Below, piece by piece: positions 21,189-32,281 of a stretch of 64,000 bases of DNA (within the stretch, counting starts at the first letter, position 1; each line of letters begins with the position of its first letter). The notes beneath the pieces were generated by a model. The model was given only the letters and a program-made list of their open reading frames with translations. It was not told the DNA's origin and did not search any database. The position numbers and the translations under genes are program-made. The DNA is from an uncultured delta proteobacterium (lineage in GTDB: Bacteria; Desulfobacterota; Binatia; UBA9968): positions 1 to 64,000 of the forward strand of contig CAVUVW010000027.1 of the NCBI GenBank assembly GCA_963745035.1, written 5' to 3'.

Positions 21189-21731
21189 TCACTCGACTAA
21201 CACTTCGTCGCTCTTGTCGACTTCTTTCAGCTTCACCTGAACATTGCCGCCCCCGCCCAAACGGATCTTCTTTCCAACGTAGTTGGCGGCGATGGGCAGC
21301 TCGCGGCCGCCGCGATCGATCATCACCGCGAGATGGATCATCCGCGGCCGGCCGAGATCGATCAGGTGATCCACTGCCGCCCGCGCGGTGCGGCCGGTAA
21401 ATAACACGTCGTCGAAAAGCACGACGATCTTATTGGCGATATCGAACGGAATGCGCGTGTGATCGATGGTGCCGCCGGGCAAAAGCGCGTTTAGATCGTC
21501 GCGGTAAAGAGTGATATCCATCTCGCCGACGGGGATGTCTTTGCCGTGGCGTTTCCTGATGATCTCGGCGAGCCGCTTTGCTACGTACGGGCCGCGCGTG
21601 CGCACGCCAATAAAGACGACCTGATCGAGATTGCCGTATTCTTTCGCCATCTCTCGGGCAAAGCGCTCGAAGATGGCTTTGACTTGCGTCGCGCCGAGAA
21701 TCTGCTTCTTTTTCCGGTTAGAGTTTTTCAT
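21189..21731 (-). CDS. pyrR: PyrR-family pyrimidine regulator/uracil phosphoribosyltransferase
   Basis: IGVRTRG, DITLYRDD, DDVLFTGRT, DRGGRELPI. Confidence 0.9.
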   Translation of the reverse strand: MKNSNRKKKQILGATQVKAIFERFAREMAKEYGNLDQVVFIGVRTRGPYVAKRLAEIIRKRHGKDIPVGEMDITLYRDDLNALLPGGTIDHTRIPFDIANKIVVLFDDVLFTGRTARAAVDHLIDLGRPRMIHLAVMIDRGGRELPIAANYVGKKIRLGGGGNVQVKLKEVDKSDEVLVE

Positions 21732-23007
21732 TGGCGACTCGAACCATGGTTTCCATGAGCAGCTGGGCGCCAAGCGCGATATCGGCCGGATCGGTCCACT
21801 CGAGTGGGTTGTGGCTGATGCCGCGCTTGCTCGGCACGAAAATCATTCCTGCCGGCGTGACCTTGGCCATCTGCATGGCGTCGTGGCCCGCGCCCGACGG
21901 CATGATCTCATAATCGATGCCCTTTTTCTCGCATAGCTGTTGGCTGACCCGCAACAAGCGCTTGTCGAGCGGCACGGGGTCTTCTTCGCGGATGGTCAGA
22001 ACTTCGAGGCCGATGCCGCGCCGTTTGGCAATGGCGCGGGCTTGCTGTTTCACGAGCCGCGCCACATGGTTTTTCGACCGCGCCGAGGCGCCGCGGATGT
22101 CGACGGCGAGCTCCGCTCGTCCGGGGACGGCGTTGATCACGCCCGGCTCGATCTTCAGGGCGCCCACGGTCCCGACGACTCTGCCTTTCGCCATCGAAGC
22201 ATATTTCCGGCAGATCTTCTCGATGTATTCGATCAAGAGCGCCGAGGCGACCAGCGCGTCTTTGCGCATGTCCATGGGCGTCGTTCCCGAGTGATCTGCG
22301 CGGCCGTGAAAGATCACCCTGAAGCGGCTCGGCGCCGCGATCGAAGTCACCAGGCCGATCCTTTTGCCGATCGCCTCGAGAATTGGCCCCTGCTCGATGT
22401 GCAGTTCCAAATAGGCTTTGAGACCCTTGGGGTCACGCTTGATGGATTTCAAGTTGCGGCGCGTGATGCCGAGACCGGCAAGCACGCTTTCGAGCTTGGT
22501 TCCTTGCGGGTCCACGGCGTTGGTCAAGTCGTCTGGATGCACCTCGCCGGCGGCGAGGCTGCTACCGAGAGTGGAGAAACCGAAACGGCTCGACTCCTCG
22601 CCGACGAAGCAGACGACTTCTAGGGAGGAGCGAACCGGAATCTTGTTCTCGCTGATCGTGCGGACCGCCTCGAGCGCGCCGATGACACCCACCGGACCGT
22701 CGTACTTGCCGCCGTGAATCACGGTATCGAGATGCGAGCCGGCCAGAACGGCGGGCGCGCGGCGATCGCCGCCTTCGAACCGGCCAAAGATGTTGCCGAT
22801 GGCGTCAATGCGGATATCCAACCCCGCTTGGCGCATGAGATGGAGCAGCACCTGGCGGCTGCGCAGCTCCTTGATCGAAAATACCAGCCGCGTGACCGCT
22901 CCGTGGTCGCCGATGCCGATGCGGCCGATGGCGTTCAAATCGCGCATCAGCCGCCGTTCGTTGACCGCCGGCGACGTCGTTGTCCGTTGGGGAGTGCGCT
23001 TCATCAA
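21718..23007 (-). CDS. M20 Zn-dependent N-carbamoyl amidohydrolase (beta-ureidopropionase/allantoate amidohydrolase family)
   Basis: GSHLDTV..GG.YDG, EESSRFG, ELHIEQG, DHSGTTPM, SGAGHDA, ISHNP. Confidence 0.92.
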   Translation of the reverse strand: MMKRTPQRTTTSPAVNERRLMRDLNAIGRIGIGDHGAVTRLVFSIKELRSRQVLLHLMRQAGLDIRIDAIGNIFGRFEGGDRRAPAVLAGSHLDTVIHGGKYDGPVGVIGALEAVRTISENKIPVRSSLEVVCFVGEESSRFGFSTLGSSLAAGEVHPDDLTNAVDPQGTKLESVLAGLGITRRNLKSIKRDPKGLKAYLELHIEQGPILEAIGKRIGLVTSIAAPSRFRVIFHGRADHSGTTPMDMRKDALVASALLIEYIEKICRKYASMAKGRVVGTVGALKIEPGVINAVPGRAELAVDIRGASARSKNHVARLVKQQARAIAKRRGIGLEVLTIREEDPVPLDKRLLRVSQQLCEKKGIDYEIMPSGAGHDAMQMAKVTPAGMIFVPSKRGISHNPLEWTDPADIALGAQLLMETMVRVANEKL

Positions 23008-23131
23008 GCGCGCATCTTATCAGCTTAGGCATGCGCTGAAAAACCGCTTCCTGAAATGGACGGTTTCGTTGGCAAGCCCACGTCGCTGTGTTATGACCAG
23101 CCTATTCCAGAAATTTGAGAGGTCTTTTCCG

Positions 23132-23800
23132 ATGAGCGAAGTTTCCAAGAAAATTGCAGAGATGCTGCTGTCGACGGAGTCGATCACAGTTTATCAAGAC
23201 AAGCCGTTCGTGTTCGTATCGGGTCGCATCTCGCCGGTGTATATCGACTGCCGCAAGCTCTTGTCCTTTGCCGCCGAGCGCGAGTACATCGTTACGGCGC
23301 TGGCGAAGATGGCGGAGACGGATATCGGTTTGAACAATATCGATGTCGTCGCGGGCGGCGAGACGGCGGGCATTCCATACGCTTCGTTCGTGTCGCATAT
23401 CATCAAGAAACCGATGATCTATATCCGCAAGCAGCCCAAAGGCTACGGCGGCACCAAGCAGATAGAAGGTATCCTGGAAGCCGGCCAGAGAGTGTTGATG
23501 GTCGAGGATCTGATTACCGACGGTTTGAGCAAAATGCGTTTCAACATCGGTATTCGCGGCGCCGGCGCGAAGATGACTCACTGCCTGTGCGTCTTTGACT
23601 ACGCGTCGGATCGCTTAAATCTGCACGAAGGAAAAACCAATTTGGCAAAGAACGGCATCGCTCTCCACGTACTGGCGAACTGGGATGACGTTTTAGACAC
23701 CGGCTTGAGCAAAAGTTATTTCAGCGAAGAATCGAGCCGGCAAATTCTTGATTTCCTAAAAGAACCAGAAAACTGGGGTCGCAAGATGGGGTTCGTGTAA
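23132..23800 (+). CDS. pyrE: Orotate phosphoribosyltransferase
   Basis: SGRISPVYIDCR, AGGETAGIP, IRKQPKGYG, VEDLITDG. Confidence 0.88.
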   Translation: MSEVSKKIAEMLLSTESITVYQDKPFVFVSGRISPVYIDCRKLLSFAAEREYIVTALAKMAETDIGLNNIDVVAGGETAGIPYASFVSHIIKKPMIYIRKQPKGYGGTKQIEGILEAGQRVLMVEDLITDGLSKMRFNIGIRGAGAKMTHCLCVFDYASDRLNLHEGKTNLAKNGIALHVLANWDDVLDTGLSKSYFSEESSRQILDFLKEPENWGRKMGFV

Positions 23801-23927
23801 GGGCGTGGTTTGCGCCGCAAACCGGCGGTTCAAATAGTTCAAATCGTTCAAGCCGCCGGAGCACCCGGCGGCTACTTCTCGGCGAGGCTTTGTTGTCGGT
23901 ATTTCCCCGCTTGAACTTGAGACCGCT

Positions 23928-25392
23928 ATGAAAACGCTGATTCGTAACGCTTTGATCGTGACGATGAATGATCAGCGCGACGTGATTGAAAACGGCGCAA
24001 TCGTTCTCGATGGCAATCGCATTTCCTATGTCGGGCCGCAAGAGTGGACGCCCACTGGACCTTTCGACAAGACCATCGAGGCCGGCCGCTTAATCGCGAT
24101 GCCCGGGATGATCAACGCCCATTGTCATTCCCCGGCAAACCTCGTGCGCGGCATGATGCCGAGCAAGCCGCTCGAGATTTGGCGCGCCTACTATCGAGCG
24201 TCCTTGCGCGATATGCGCGACGATGATTTTTACGCGAGCGCGCTGTTGGGCGGGATGGAGATGCTCAAAAACGGCGCGACCACCGTGCTCGATCATTTCG
24301 CCGGCAATCAAGCGTGCCGGTTCATGGGCGCGGGCGCGGCCATCCAGGCGATGCGCGACCTCGGCTTGCGCCACGTCGTCGCGCTGACGATTACAGACAA
24401 GAACTACGAAGACACTATCCCGCTCGGCAAAACGAATGCGGATCTCACGGATGAAATTAAACGGATGAGCGCGAATGAAGCGAAGTCGGCGCATTCCTGG
24501 CTCGAGGAATGCGAAGCCTTCATCGAGGCCTTCCATGCGCCGGAGACGCTGACGACGGCGTGCCTCGGCCCCTCCGCCGTGCAACGCTGCACAGACGAGC
24601 TGCTGATCGGGCACCGCCGAACTGGCGCGGCGCAGAAAAGTGCCGATGCACATTCATCTCGCCGAAACCAAGGCGCAGGCGGTGATGGGGCGGCAGATTT
24701 ATGGCACGTCGCTGCTCAAGCACTTGGACTCAATCGGTGTATTGGATGCCAATCTCTCGTTGGCGCATTCAATCTGGCTTGAAGACGACGATGTCGAATT
24801 GTTCGCGCGGCGAGGCGCAACGCCGGTGCACAATCCGGCAAGCAATCTGCGCATCGGCAGCGGGCTTGCGAAAGTCAGGGAATTTCTCGCCGCCGGCGTC
24901 GCCGTTGGGTTGGGAACCGACGGCGCGGCTTCCAACGACGGGCAGAACATGTTCGATGCCCTGCGGCTGGCGGCGCTGATCCACAATCAGGCCGGAACAG
25001 ATTTCAATGATTGGGTAACTCCGTCGCAAGCGCTGGCCATGGCCACGCGCAACGGCGCGCGCGCATTCGGCCTGGAAGCCGGCGTCCTTGCGCCCGGAAA
25101 ACTCGCGGACCTGGTGCTGCTGCGCCGCGACCGGCCGGCGTTCACGCCGCTCAACGATGTCGTCGCGCAACTGGTATTTTGCGAGAACGGCAGCGACGTC
25201 GATAGCGTCTTCGTCAACGGCGAAATCGTTGTCGAAAGCGGACGGCTAACGAAGGTCGATGAGGACGAAGTGCTCCGGCGCGCCGAACAGGCGCGCCGGC
25301 GGCTCGAACCGTCGCTGCAAAAAGAGCTGGCCGCGGCGAAAATGATGGAGCCGAGCCTGGCGGAAATGTACTTTCGCATGTTCGGACGATAA
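23928..25392 (+). CDS. Amidohydrolase, AtzA/TrzA/MtaD deaminase-like (frameshift near 24610)
   Basis: PGMINAHCH, HIHLAE, AHSIW, HNPASN, LGTDG, PGKLADL. Confidence 0.9.
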
Positions 25393-25419
25393 CGGTGAAG
25401 CGCGGTGGTCCTCGCGAAT

Positions 25420-25689
25420 CTATTGAACGCCGCGATTGCTTCCCGAATGTCTCATGCGCGCGCGACCATCGTCCCGGCGAAGCTCAGGGCTGTCGTATCC
25501 CCGAACGGCGATGTCCCAAGAACGTAAATCGAAGATACTCGTTGGGTCGGTGAAGGCCGGGCCGTAGGAATTTCTAGATCGCGAGTGCCGGCGAGGGGGT
25601 TGAGTCGCTTCACTCAAGACCAAGCCGGCCAAGGCAAAGCCGATCGTCGATGCGATAATCGTTCCGGCCACTAAGAGGATCCGATGCAT
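25420..25689 (-). CDS. Small hypothetical membrane-anchored protein
   Basis: GAGG RBS and N-terminal hydrophobic helix. Confidence 0.4.
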   Translation of the reverse strand: MHRILLVAGTIIASTIGFALAGLVLSEATQPPRRHSRSRNSYGPAFTDPTSIFDLRSWDIAVRGYDSPELRRDDGRARMRHSGSNRGVQ

Positions 25690-25773
25690 AGCTGAGCTTC
25701 CTCGTCGAGTTTTCGCAGTCTATAGCCCAAAACGAACGAAGGGGTCAAGCATGTCGCCTGCGGATTGCCGCAT

Positions 25774-27183
25774 TCAGCGCGACAGCTCGGGCCTGCGTTG
25801 CTGCCATTCCGTCGCCTGTTCGTAGGTGTACGCGACACGAAGACAGGTTGCTTCGTCGAACGGCGGAGCGATGATTTGCAATCCTGCGGGGAGATTCCCT
25901 TCAGTAAAACCGCAAGGCATCGAAATCGCCGGCAGGCCGGTCAGGTTGAACGGATTGGTAAAGCTCGGGCGGAGATTCTGCTCGTTGGGATCCATCGTCG
26001 CGAACGCTTCCGGCGGGCGCGGCGCGCCGGGCACGGCAAAAACATCGACGTGGGAGAAATGCGCGCGGATTTGCTGGTTCAGGACCGAGCGTGCACGCTG
26101 CGCGCTGAGGTAATCCGCCGCGCTCAGGAAAGCGCCCTCGAGCATGCGTCTTCTAACCGTGCTGCCGAATTTCGTCGGCGTCTCCTGAAAAGTTTTCTCG
26201 TGATAGGCGTATCCTTCGCAGACTAGAATCGTTTGATTCGCCTTACGGGCAAGAGAGAACGGCTTGCCGTCGATGTCGCTGACGATCGCGCCCAGGCCTT
26301 TCAGCACGTCGAGCGCTTGATCGAAGACCGCTTCGGTTTGCGGATCGATTCCTAAATTTTCGTCGAACCAGCCGGCGCGCGGGACGCCGACCCGAAGTCC
26401 ACGGATGCCGTCCTTTAAGTGCGATTGAAAATCTGCCATGGGAACGTCGGCCGATGCCGGGTCTTTCGGATCATAGCCGGCGATCGCCTGCAGCAAGATC
26501 GCGCAGTCTTCGACCCTGCGCGCCATCGGACCGGCGTGATCAAGAGACCAGCTGAGCGGCACGACGCCGTAGCGGCTAACCCGGCCGTAAGTCGGCTTGA
26601 TGCCGACGACGCCGCAATGCGACGACGGCGTGCGAATCGATCCGCCGGTGTCCGAGCCGAGCGCGCCGTAACAAAATCCCGCGGCGAGCGCCGCGCCCGA
26701 GCCGCTGCTCGAGCCACCCGGAACATGGTCGGTATTCCACGGATTCCTCACGGCCGGAAACGGCGCGTCGACGGACGGCCCGCCGAAGGCGAACTCATGC
26801 ATGCCGAGCTTGCCTAGCAGGATGGTGCCGGCGTCGCGAAGTTTGACGACGGTCGTCGCGTCGTATTCGGGCACCCAAGTTTCCAGCACGGCGGAATGAC
26901 AAGTCGTGCGGATGTCCTTGGTCATGTAAAGATCTTTGAGCGCGATGGGAATGCCGTGCAGCGGCCCGCGGTTAGCGCCGGATCGCAGTTCTTGTTCCGC
27001 TTGGCGCGCTTGGTGGCGCGCGAGACCGGCGGTCACAGTGATAAAGCTGTGCAGCTTGCCGTCGAGCGCTTCGATCCGCTCGAGGAGCGCATCGGTGATT
27101 TCAATGGATGATACTTCCTTGCGGCGAAGCGCGGCGGCAATTTCGCCGATGGTGGAATAAAAGAGGTCGTCTGCCGCGATCAT
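25774..27183 (-). CDS. Amidase signature family enzyme (GatA/AtzE-like)
   Basis: GIPIALKD, GGSSSGS, GSDTGGSIR (Ser-cisSer-Lys triad). Confidence 0.93.
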   Translation of the reverse strand: MIAADDLFYSTIGEIAAALRRKEVSSIEITDALLERIEALDGKLHSFITVTAGLARHQARQAEQELRSGANRGPLHGIPIALKDLYMTKDIRTTCHSAVLETWVPEYDATTVVKLRDAGTILLGKLGMHEFAFGGPSVDAPFPAVRNPWNTDHVPGGSSSGSGAALAAGFCYGALGSDTGGSIRTPSSHCGVVGIKPTYGRVSRYGVVPLSWSLDHAGPMARRVEDCAILLQAIAGYDPKDPASADVPMADFQSHLKDGIRGLRVGVPRAGWFDENLGIDPQTEAVFDQALDVLKGLGAIVSDIDGKPFSLARKANQTILVCEGYAYHEKTFQETPTKFGSTVRRRMLEGAFLSAADYLSAQRARSVLNQQIRAHFSHVDVFAVPGAPRPPEAFATMDPNEQNLRPSFTNPFNLTGLPAISMPCGFTEGNLPAGLQIIAPPFDEATCLRVAYTYEQATEWQQRRPELSR

Positions 27184-27380
27184 TATTTCTCCACCGCTCG
27201 GACCGGATGGAAGGCTACCGCTGGCTCATCCGGCGCGCCGATGATCTCGCGCAGCTCGCCGGCTTGTTTTCTTGCGCGATTGACTCCGGGGAGGAGGCGC
27301 CGCAGTTCTTCGTCGCCGAGGTTCAGTCCGACTCCTTGTGCCATGATCCGCAAGGCTTCGAGGGTGATCTCCGGTACCAT
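27183..27380 (-). CDS. Small GatC/AtzG-like amidase partner
   Basis: 65-aa ORF coupled to the amidase start; helical, ends ...DEPAVAF. Confidence 0.6.
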   Translation of the reverse strand: MVPEITLEALRIMAQGVGLNLGDEELRRLLPGVNRARKQAGELREIIGAPDEPAVAFHPVRAVEK

Positions 27381-27397
27381 GGGGTCCTCGCTTGCCG

Positions 27398-28429
27398 CTA
27401 GTTTTTCGGCACCAAGACGTCGCGGATCTTGGCGACGTTTTTGGCGTCCATTTGAAATAGCTTCTTCACGATCCCGTCGACTTCGGCGCCTGTCAGCGCA
27501 TTGATCTCGAGCTTCGATTTTTTCATCTCGGCGAGGAATTCCGCATCTTTCATCGTCGCGTTGAAGGCGCTGCGCAAAACCTCGACGCGGTTTTTCGGCG
27601 TGCCGGGCGGCAGGGCATAGGCGCGTAGAATTGCGGACGGAGCGTGGATGCCGGATTCGATCAGCACGCGGGCGTCAGGCGTCTTCGCGTACTCGATCGC
27701 GTTGGGCACGTTGGGGATGTCGGCGGCTTTTTTCGCGTTGACCTGGATGATGGCTTTTGCCATGCCCGTTTCCAACCCGTTCGCCCACGTGGTGCGAATC
27801 GACGCCCAGGTCCAGCAGCCGCCGTCGACCTCCCCGGCTTCGGCGGCGACGCGGATATTCGACGTGCCTTTGAATCCTTCGATGAGTTGTATCGGCAGAT
27901 TCAGCGCCGCTCTTAACACGCGCGGGATGTCGGAATCGTTGGCGCCGGGCGCCTCGCCGCCGAGTTTTACGGGCTTCTTGGCGGCGAACCAGTCATCGAG
28001 CGAATTGACGCCGCTCGCTTTGGTCAGCGCGCAAACGCTCTCGTCCTGAACCGGCGCACCGAGCCATTCGAACTTCGCGCCGTCAAATTCGATCCCCTTG
28101 TCGCCCATGATCTGTTGAAGGATGAGCGAGCCAATAAAATTGCCGATGACCAAACCGTCGGGCTGAGCTTTGAAAAGAAAGTTTGCCGATACCCGGCTGC
28201 CGGCGCCCGTCATGTTTTCGACGATGATCGTGGGATTGCCGGGCACATGCCGGCTCATGTGGCGGGCGATGGCGCGCGCATAAGCATCGAATCCACCGCC
28301 TGCGGCGAAACCAACGACGACGCGAATCGTTTTGCCGCGGTAGAAATCCTGGTCAGCCGCGGCGGCGCGCGCCGAACGAGGCGCAGCGATGAGCAGCGAC
28401 AAGGCCAACAGGCCGGCGATCTTGAGCAT
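27398..28429 (-). CDS. Tripartite tricarboxylate transporter (Bug/TctC) substrate-binding protein
   Basis: FYRGKTIRVVVGFAAGGGFD, VENMTGAGS, PDG. Confidence 0.9.
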   Translation of the reverse strand: MLKIAGLLALSLLIAAPRSARAAAADQDFYRGKTIRVVVGFAAGGGFDAYARAIARHMSRHVPGNPTIIVENMTGAGSRVSANFLFKAQPDGLVIGNFIGSLILQQIMGDKGIEFDGAKFEWLGAPVQDESVCALTKASGVNSLDDWFAAKKPVKLGGEAPGANDSDIPRVLRAALNLPIQLIEGFKGTSNIRVAAEAGEVDGGCWTWASIRTTWANGLETGMAKAIIQVNAKKAADIPNVPNAIEYAKTPDARVLIESGIHAPSAILRAYALPPGTPKNRVEVLRSAFNATMKDAEFLAEMKKSKLEINALTGAEVDGIVKKLFQMDAKNVAKIRDVLVPKN

Positions 28430-28561
28430 GGCTTTCCCCTCTACGACGTTTGGCTGGATTTTGCAGGTCCTTACTTACTGGATTTCACGTGCCGAAGGCA
28501 AACTTCTCGAAATTATCCGCCGGTTGGTAAGCAGACGGATTGCGTTGCGCGGGTGGTTCGC

Positions 28562-29737
28562 CTACCGCAGATTCCCGGTGTGACCCAACGAGTATCTTCC
28601 CGGCTGCGGCCAGACGGTGAGGCCGTGAGGCTCGCTTTTCACCGGGATTTTCTTGACGCTGCCGGAAGTCGTGTCGAAGACGTAGACCTCGTTGTCGTAG
28701 CGTCCCGATAGCCAGAGCTGTTTGCCGTCGATCGTGACGTTACCCATATCGGGACTGCCGCCCCCGGGGATGGGCCACGTTTCGATTACTTTGCGCGTGG
28801 CAAAGTCGATGATTGAGACGCTCCCTTTGCCTTTGGGCGGACCATACACTCGCGCGACGCCGCGGTTCGCGACGTAGAGCTTGGTGCCGTCGCGGCTGGG
28901 GTAAAGCCCGTGGGTGCCGAGGCCGGTCTTGATGTGGGCGAGCTCGACGAATTTATCACCGTCGACGACGAACACGCCTTCGGCCTTCATATCTGCGATG
29001 TAAAATACTTTGCCGTCGGGCGAGACGCGGACATCCTGAGGCATGCCGCCTTTGGATAGCTTCAAATAGCCGAGCACTTTTCTGTTGACGAGATCGACTT
29101 TGGCCAAGGCGCCGCCGTATTCACAGGTAAAAATCGCGTATCGGCCATCGATGGAAAAATCGGCGTGGTTGATGCCCGGACAGCTCGGCGTGTCGATCGA
29201 ATACTTCATCGCCATGGTCTGCGGATCGCGAAAGTCAAGCCGCTTACGCGCTTCGGCGACGATGATCGCCGCCGAGCCATCGGGAGTGAAGTACATGTTG
29301 TAAGGATCGTCGACCGGAATATTTTTTCCGGGCTTGCCGGTGAGCGGGTCGATGGGCGTGACGCTACCGTCATGGCGGCCCTCTGCGTTGTTATTGACCC
29401 AGAGCGTCTTCAAATCCCACGAAGGCACGACGTGCTGAGGATGAATGCCGACTTTGAATTTGTCGATGACTTTGAGCGTGGCGGGATCGATCACCCAGAC
29501 ATCGTTGGAACTGCGATTGGGTACATAAACGCGCGACAGATGATTGGCGACGACGGGACTAAGTTTGTCGGAGCGCGTCTCGCTGTAGAGATTGTTCGGA
29601 TCGATCACCGGCGGCATGCCGGGAATGGTCTGAATAGCGCGCACGGCGGGTTCCGCGGCGTAGGAGGCTAGAGTGAGAATGAACGGGGAAATCGTGAAGA
29701 GCACGAACGCGATAGCAAAACTTCGCAGATCCCGCAT
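28562..29737 (-). CDS. Secreted YVTN/YncE-type beta-propeller protein
   Basis: Signal peptide; repeated YV.N / SPDG / V.VID blades. Confidence 0.85.
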   Translation of the reverse strand: MRDLRSFAIAFVLFTISPFILTLASYAAEPAVRAIQTIPGMPPVIDPNNLYSETRSDKLSPVVANHLSRVYVPNRSSNDVWVIDPATLKVIDKFKVGIHPQHVVPSWDLKTLWVNNNAEGRHDGSVTPIDPLTGKPGKNIPVDDPYNMYFTPDGSAAIIVAEARKRLDFRDPQTMAMKYSIDTPSCPGINHADFSIDGRYAIFTCEYGGALAKVDLVNRKVLGYLKLSKGGMPQDVRVSPDGKVFYIADMKAEGVFVVDGDKFVELAHIKTGLGTHGLYPSRDGTKLYVANRGVARVYGPPKGKGSVSIIDFATRKVIETWPIPGGGSPDMGNVTIDGKQLWLSGRYDNEVYVFDTTSGSVKKIPVKSEPHGLTVWPQPGRYSLGHTGNLR

Positions 29738-29836
29738 GAAGACGACCTCCAACAACAATGCGCACATGGCGAGCCGAAATTTGCTCACCGGTGTGCGTAT
29801 GTTAGACGAAAAATAGCGGGAATTCGAGAAATTTTG

Positions 29837-32153
29837 CTACGCGGCGCTCTTTTTCTTGCTTTTCTGCAGCGCCCAGAAAACGTTCTCGGGCTTGAGCGGC
29901 AGATCGTAGACGCGCACGCCGATGGCGTCGGCTACCGCATTGCCGATCGCGGCCGGCGTCGGCGCGAGTCCGGGTTCGCCCAAGCCTTTCGCGCCGTAGG
30001 GACCTTCGGGCTCGGGGCATTCGACAATGATCGGAATCATCTTCGGCACGTCGAGCGACGTGACCAGGTGATAATCGAGGAAGGACGGGTTACGTACCTT
30101 GCCGGTGTTGTCGATGATCATCTCTTCGTGCAGCGCCGAGCCGATGCCCATGGCGACGCCGCCCTCGATTTGCGCGACACAATTGAGCGGATTGATCGCT
30201 TTGCCGACATCGTGCGCCGCCGACATGCGCAGCAGGCGCACCCGGCCGCTCTCTTCATCGACCATGACTTCGGCGGCTTGAGTCGCGTACATATAAAACG
30301 CCGAGGCGTGGTCGCTGTGGCCGGTCTCGAGATCCAAATCCTTGCCGATCTCATAGGTGTACGAGGCGTCGCCGCGCACGATGCCGTTGATGCCGAGCTT
30401 GCGCTTCACGACTTCGCCGATGGGCAACGCCTGCTGGGGCTGGTCTTTGAGAAATACTTTGCCGTCGCCGCAGTCGAGATCTTGCACCTTGGCTTCGAGC
30501 ATCGGGCTTGCCGCTTCCATGATCTGCTCACGCGCGTGGATCGCCGCGCCGCGCACCGCATTCCCCATGTGGTAGGTGCTGCGGCTCGAAGTCGTCGAGG
30601 CGTCGTAGGGGATCACGTCAGTGTCGAGCTGGTGCATGCGAACTTTGTCCATCGGCACCTTGAGCTCTTCGGCCGCGACTTGCGAGAGAATCGTGTTGCA
30701 GCCTTGGCCGATCTCCACCGTTCCCGCGAACACGGTCACTTCGCCCTGCGCGTTTACGGTGACGCCCGCGTTCGACGTCGTCGGCGAGCGGGTGGGCTTC
30801 TGGATGCAGGCGAAGCCTTTGCCGATCTTCACGCCCGGTTTCGTCGGCTGAGCCGGTTTGCCCCAATCGATCGCTTCGGTGGCTTTAACGAGCGTTTCTT
30901 TGAGTCCGACCGCGTGCAGCTGCTCGCCCCAATAGGACATGTCGCCGTCGACGAAGATGTTTTTCATGCGAATAGCGAGCGCATCCATGCCGAGCTTTTT
31001 GGCGATCTCATCCATCTGCTGCTCGCCCGCCCAAGCGCCTTGGGGAATGCCGTAGCCGCGATAGGAACCCGCCACCGGCTTGTTCGTGTAAACCGCGTAG
31101 CCGTCGACTTTCACGTGGGGAATTCTGATAGGGTCCCGGCGCCGGCAGGCTGCCGCGGATGCAAACCGTCGGGCTCTTTTCGGCATAGGCGCCGGCGCCC
31201 CAGTAAATCGTCATCTCGCGCGCCACCAAGGTGCCGTCTTTTTTCACGCCGGTCTTCGAATAGACCACCGCTTCGTGGCGGGTGAGGGTCGAGATGAAAG
31301 TTTCTTCGCGATTGAATTTCACGCGCACCGGCCGGCCGTTGGTATGAAAGGCGAGCGCGACCGCGATGGGCTCGACTTTGAGTCCGCCTTTGGAGCCGAA
31401 GCCGCCACCTTGGGCGGGGTTGATGAAGCGGATTTTTTCCTTGGGCATATTCAGCGCTTCGGTGATCTCGTGCAGGGCGCGGAACGGCGCGTCGTTGGCG
31501 ACCCAAAGCGTCAAACGACCGCTCTCTTTGTCGAACTGCGCATGTGCCGAATGCGGCTCCATGGCCGCGTGCTGGATCATCGGCACGAAATATTTTTCTT
31601 CGACGACGAGGTCGGATTCCTTGAAGCCTTGCTCGACATTACCGGTGCGCAGCTTGAAGTGCTCGGCAATGTTGGCGTGGGTCCCAGGGACGATGAAATT
31701 GACTTTGCGGTAATTGGGAAAGTCCTCGTGAATCGCGATCGCGCCCGGCTTGCAGGCTTCTTCCGGGTCGGTGTAGACGGGGAGGTCTTCGTATTCGACT
31801 TCGATGAGCTTCACCGCGGCTTGCGCCGTGTCTTCGTCTTCCGCCGCCACCGCCGCGACCGGCTCGCCGATATAGCGGACTTTGCCTTGAGCGAGAAACG
31901 GCTTGTCTTTGATCGACTCGCCGTGGGTCCACGGCGCATCTTCGCCGGTCACCACCGCAACGACGCCGGGGAGCTGCTTGGCTTTTTCCGTGTTGATCTT
32001 TTTGATCTTGGCGTGGGCCTTGGGGCTGAATAGCGTCTTGCCGTAGAGCATGTTGGGCAGCACGAGGTCGTAGCCATAGACGATTTGCCCGGTAACTTTT
32101 TCGTCGGCATCGACTCGGGTGACGGGTTTTCCGACGACGGTGAGTTCAGACAT
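29837..32153 (-). CDS. Xanthine dehydrogenase family Mo-binding subunit (frameshift near 31130)
   Basis: GGGFGSK, YRGYG, EIGQG, QIEGG, KGLGE. Confidence 0.93.
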
Positions 32154-32173
32154 TCTTAACTCCTCTACGAGTT

Positions 32174-32281
32174 GTTCAAGCCGTTCAAGGCATTCAAGCT
32201 GTGGTGCGGAGGCTACATTCCTTAAAACCGCTCGAAGGATTCAACGATTTGAACGGAGCGAAGCGGTTGAACGGCTTGAAC
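32174..32281. repeat. Intergenic inverted repeat built from 9-mer GTTCAA units
   Basis: GTTCAAGCCGTTCAA (32174-32188) pairs with TTGAACGGCTTGAAC (32267-32281); related units at 23828-23852. Confidence 0.75.

Noticed and set aside
23096-23125. PyrR-binding attenuator upstream of pyrE (TTCCAG...GAGAGGT)
   Set aside because: The consensus is interrupted, GAGAGG doubles as the RBS, and no terminator/antiterminator is visible
25774-27380. gatA/gatC of the tRNA amidotransferase
   Set aside because: No gatB adjacent, catabolic context, and glnS is present; treated as a generic amidase with partner
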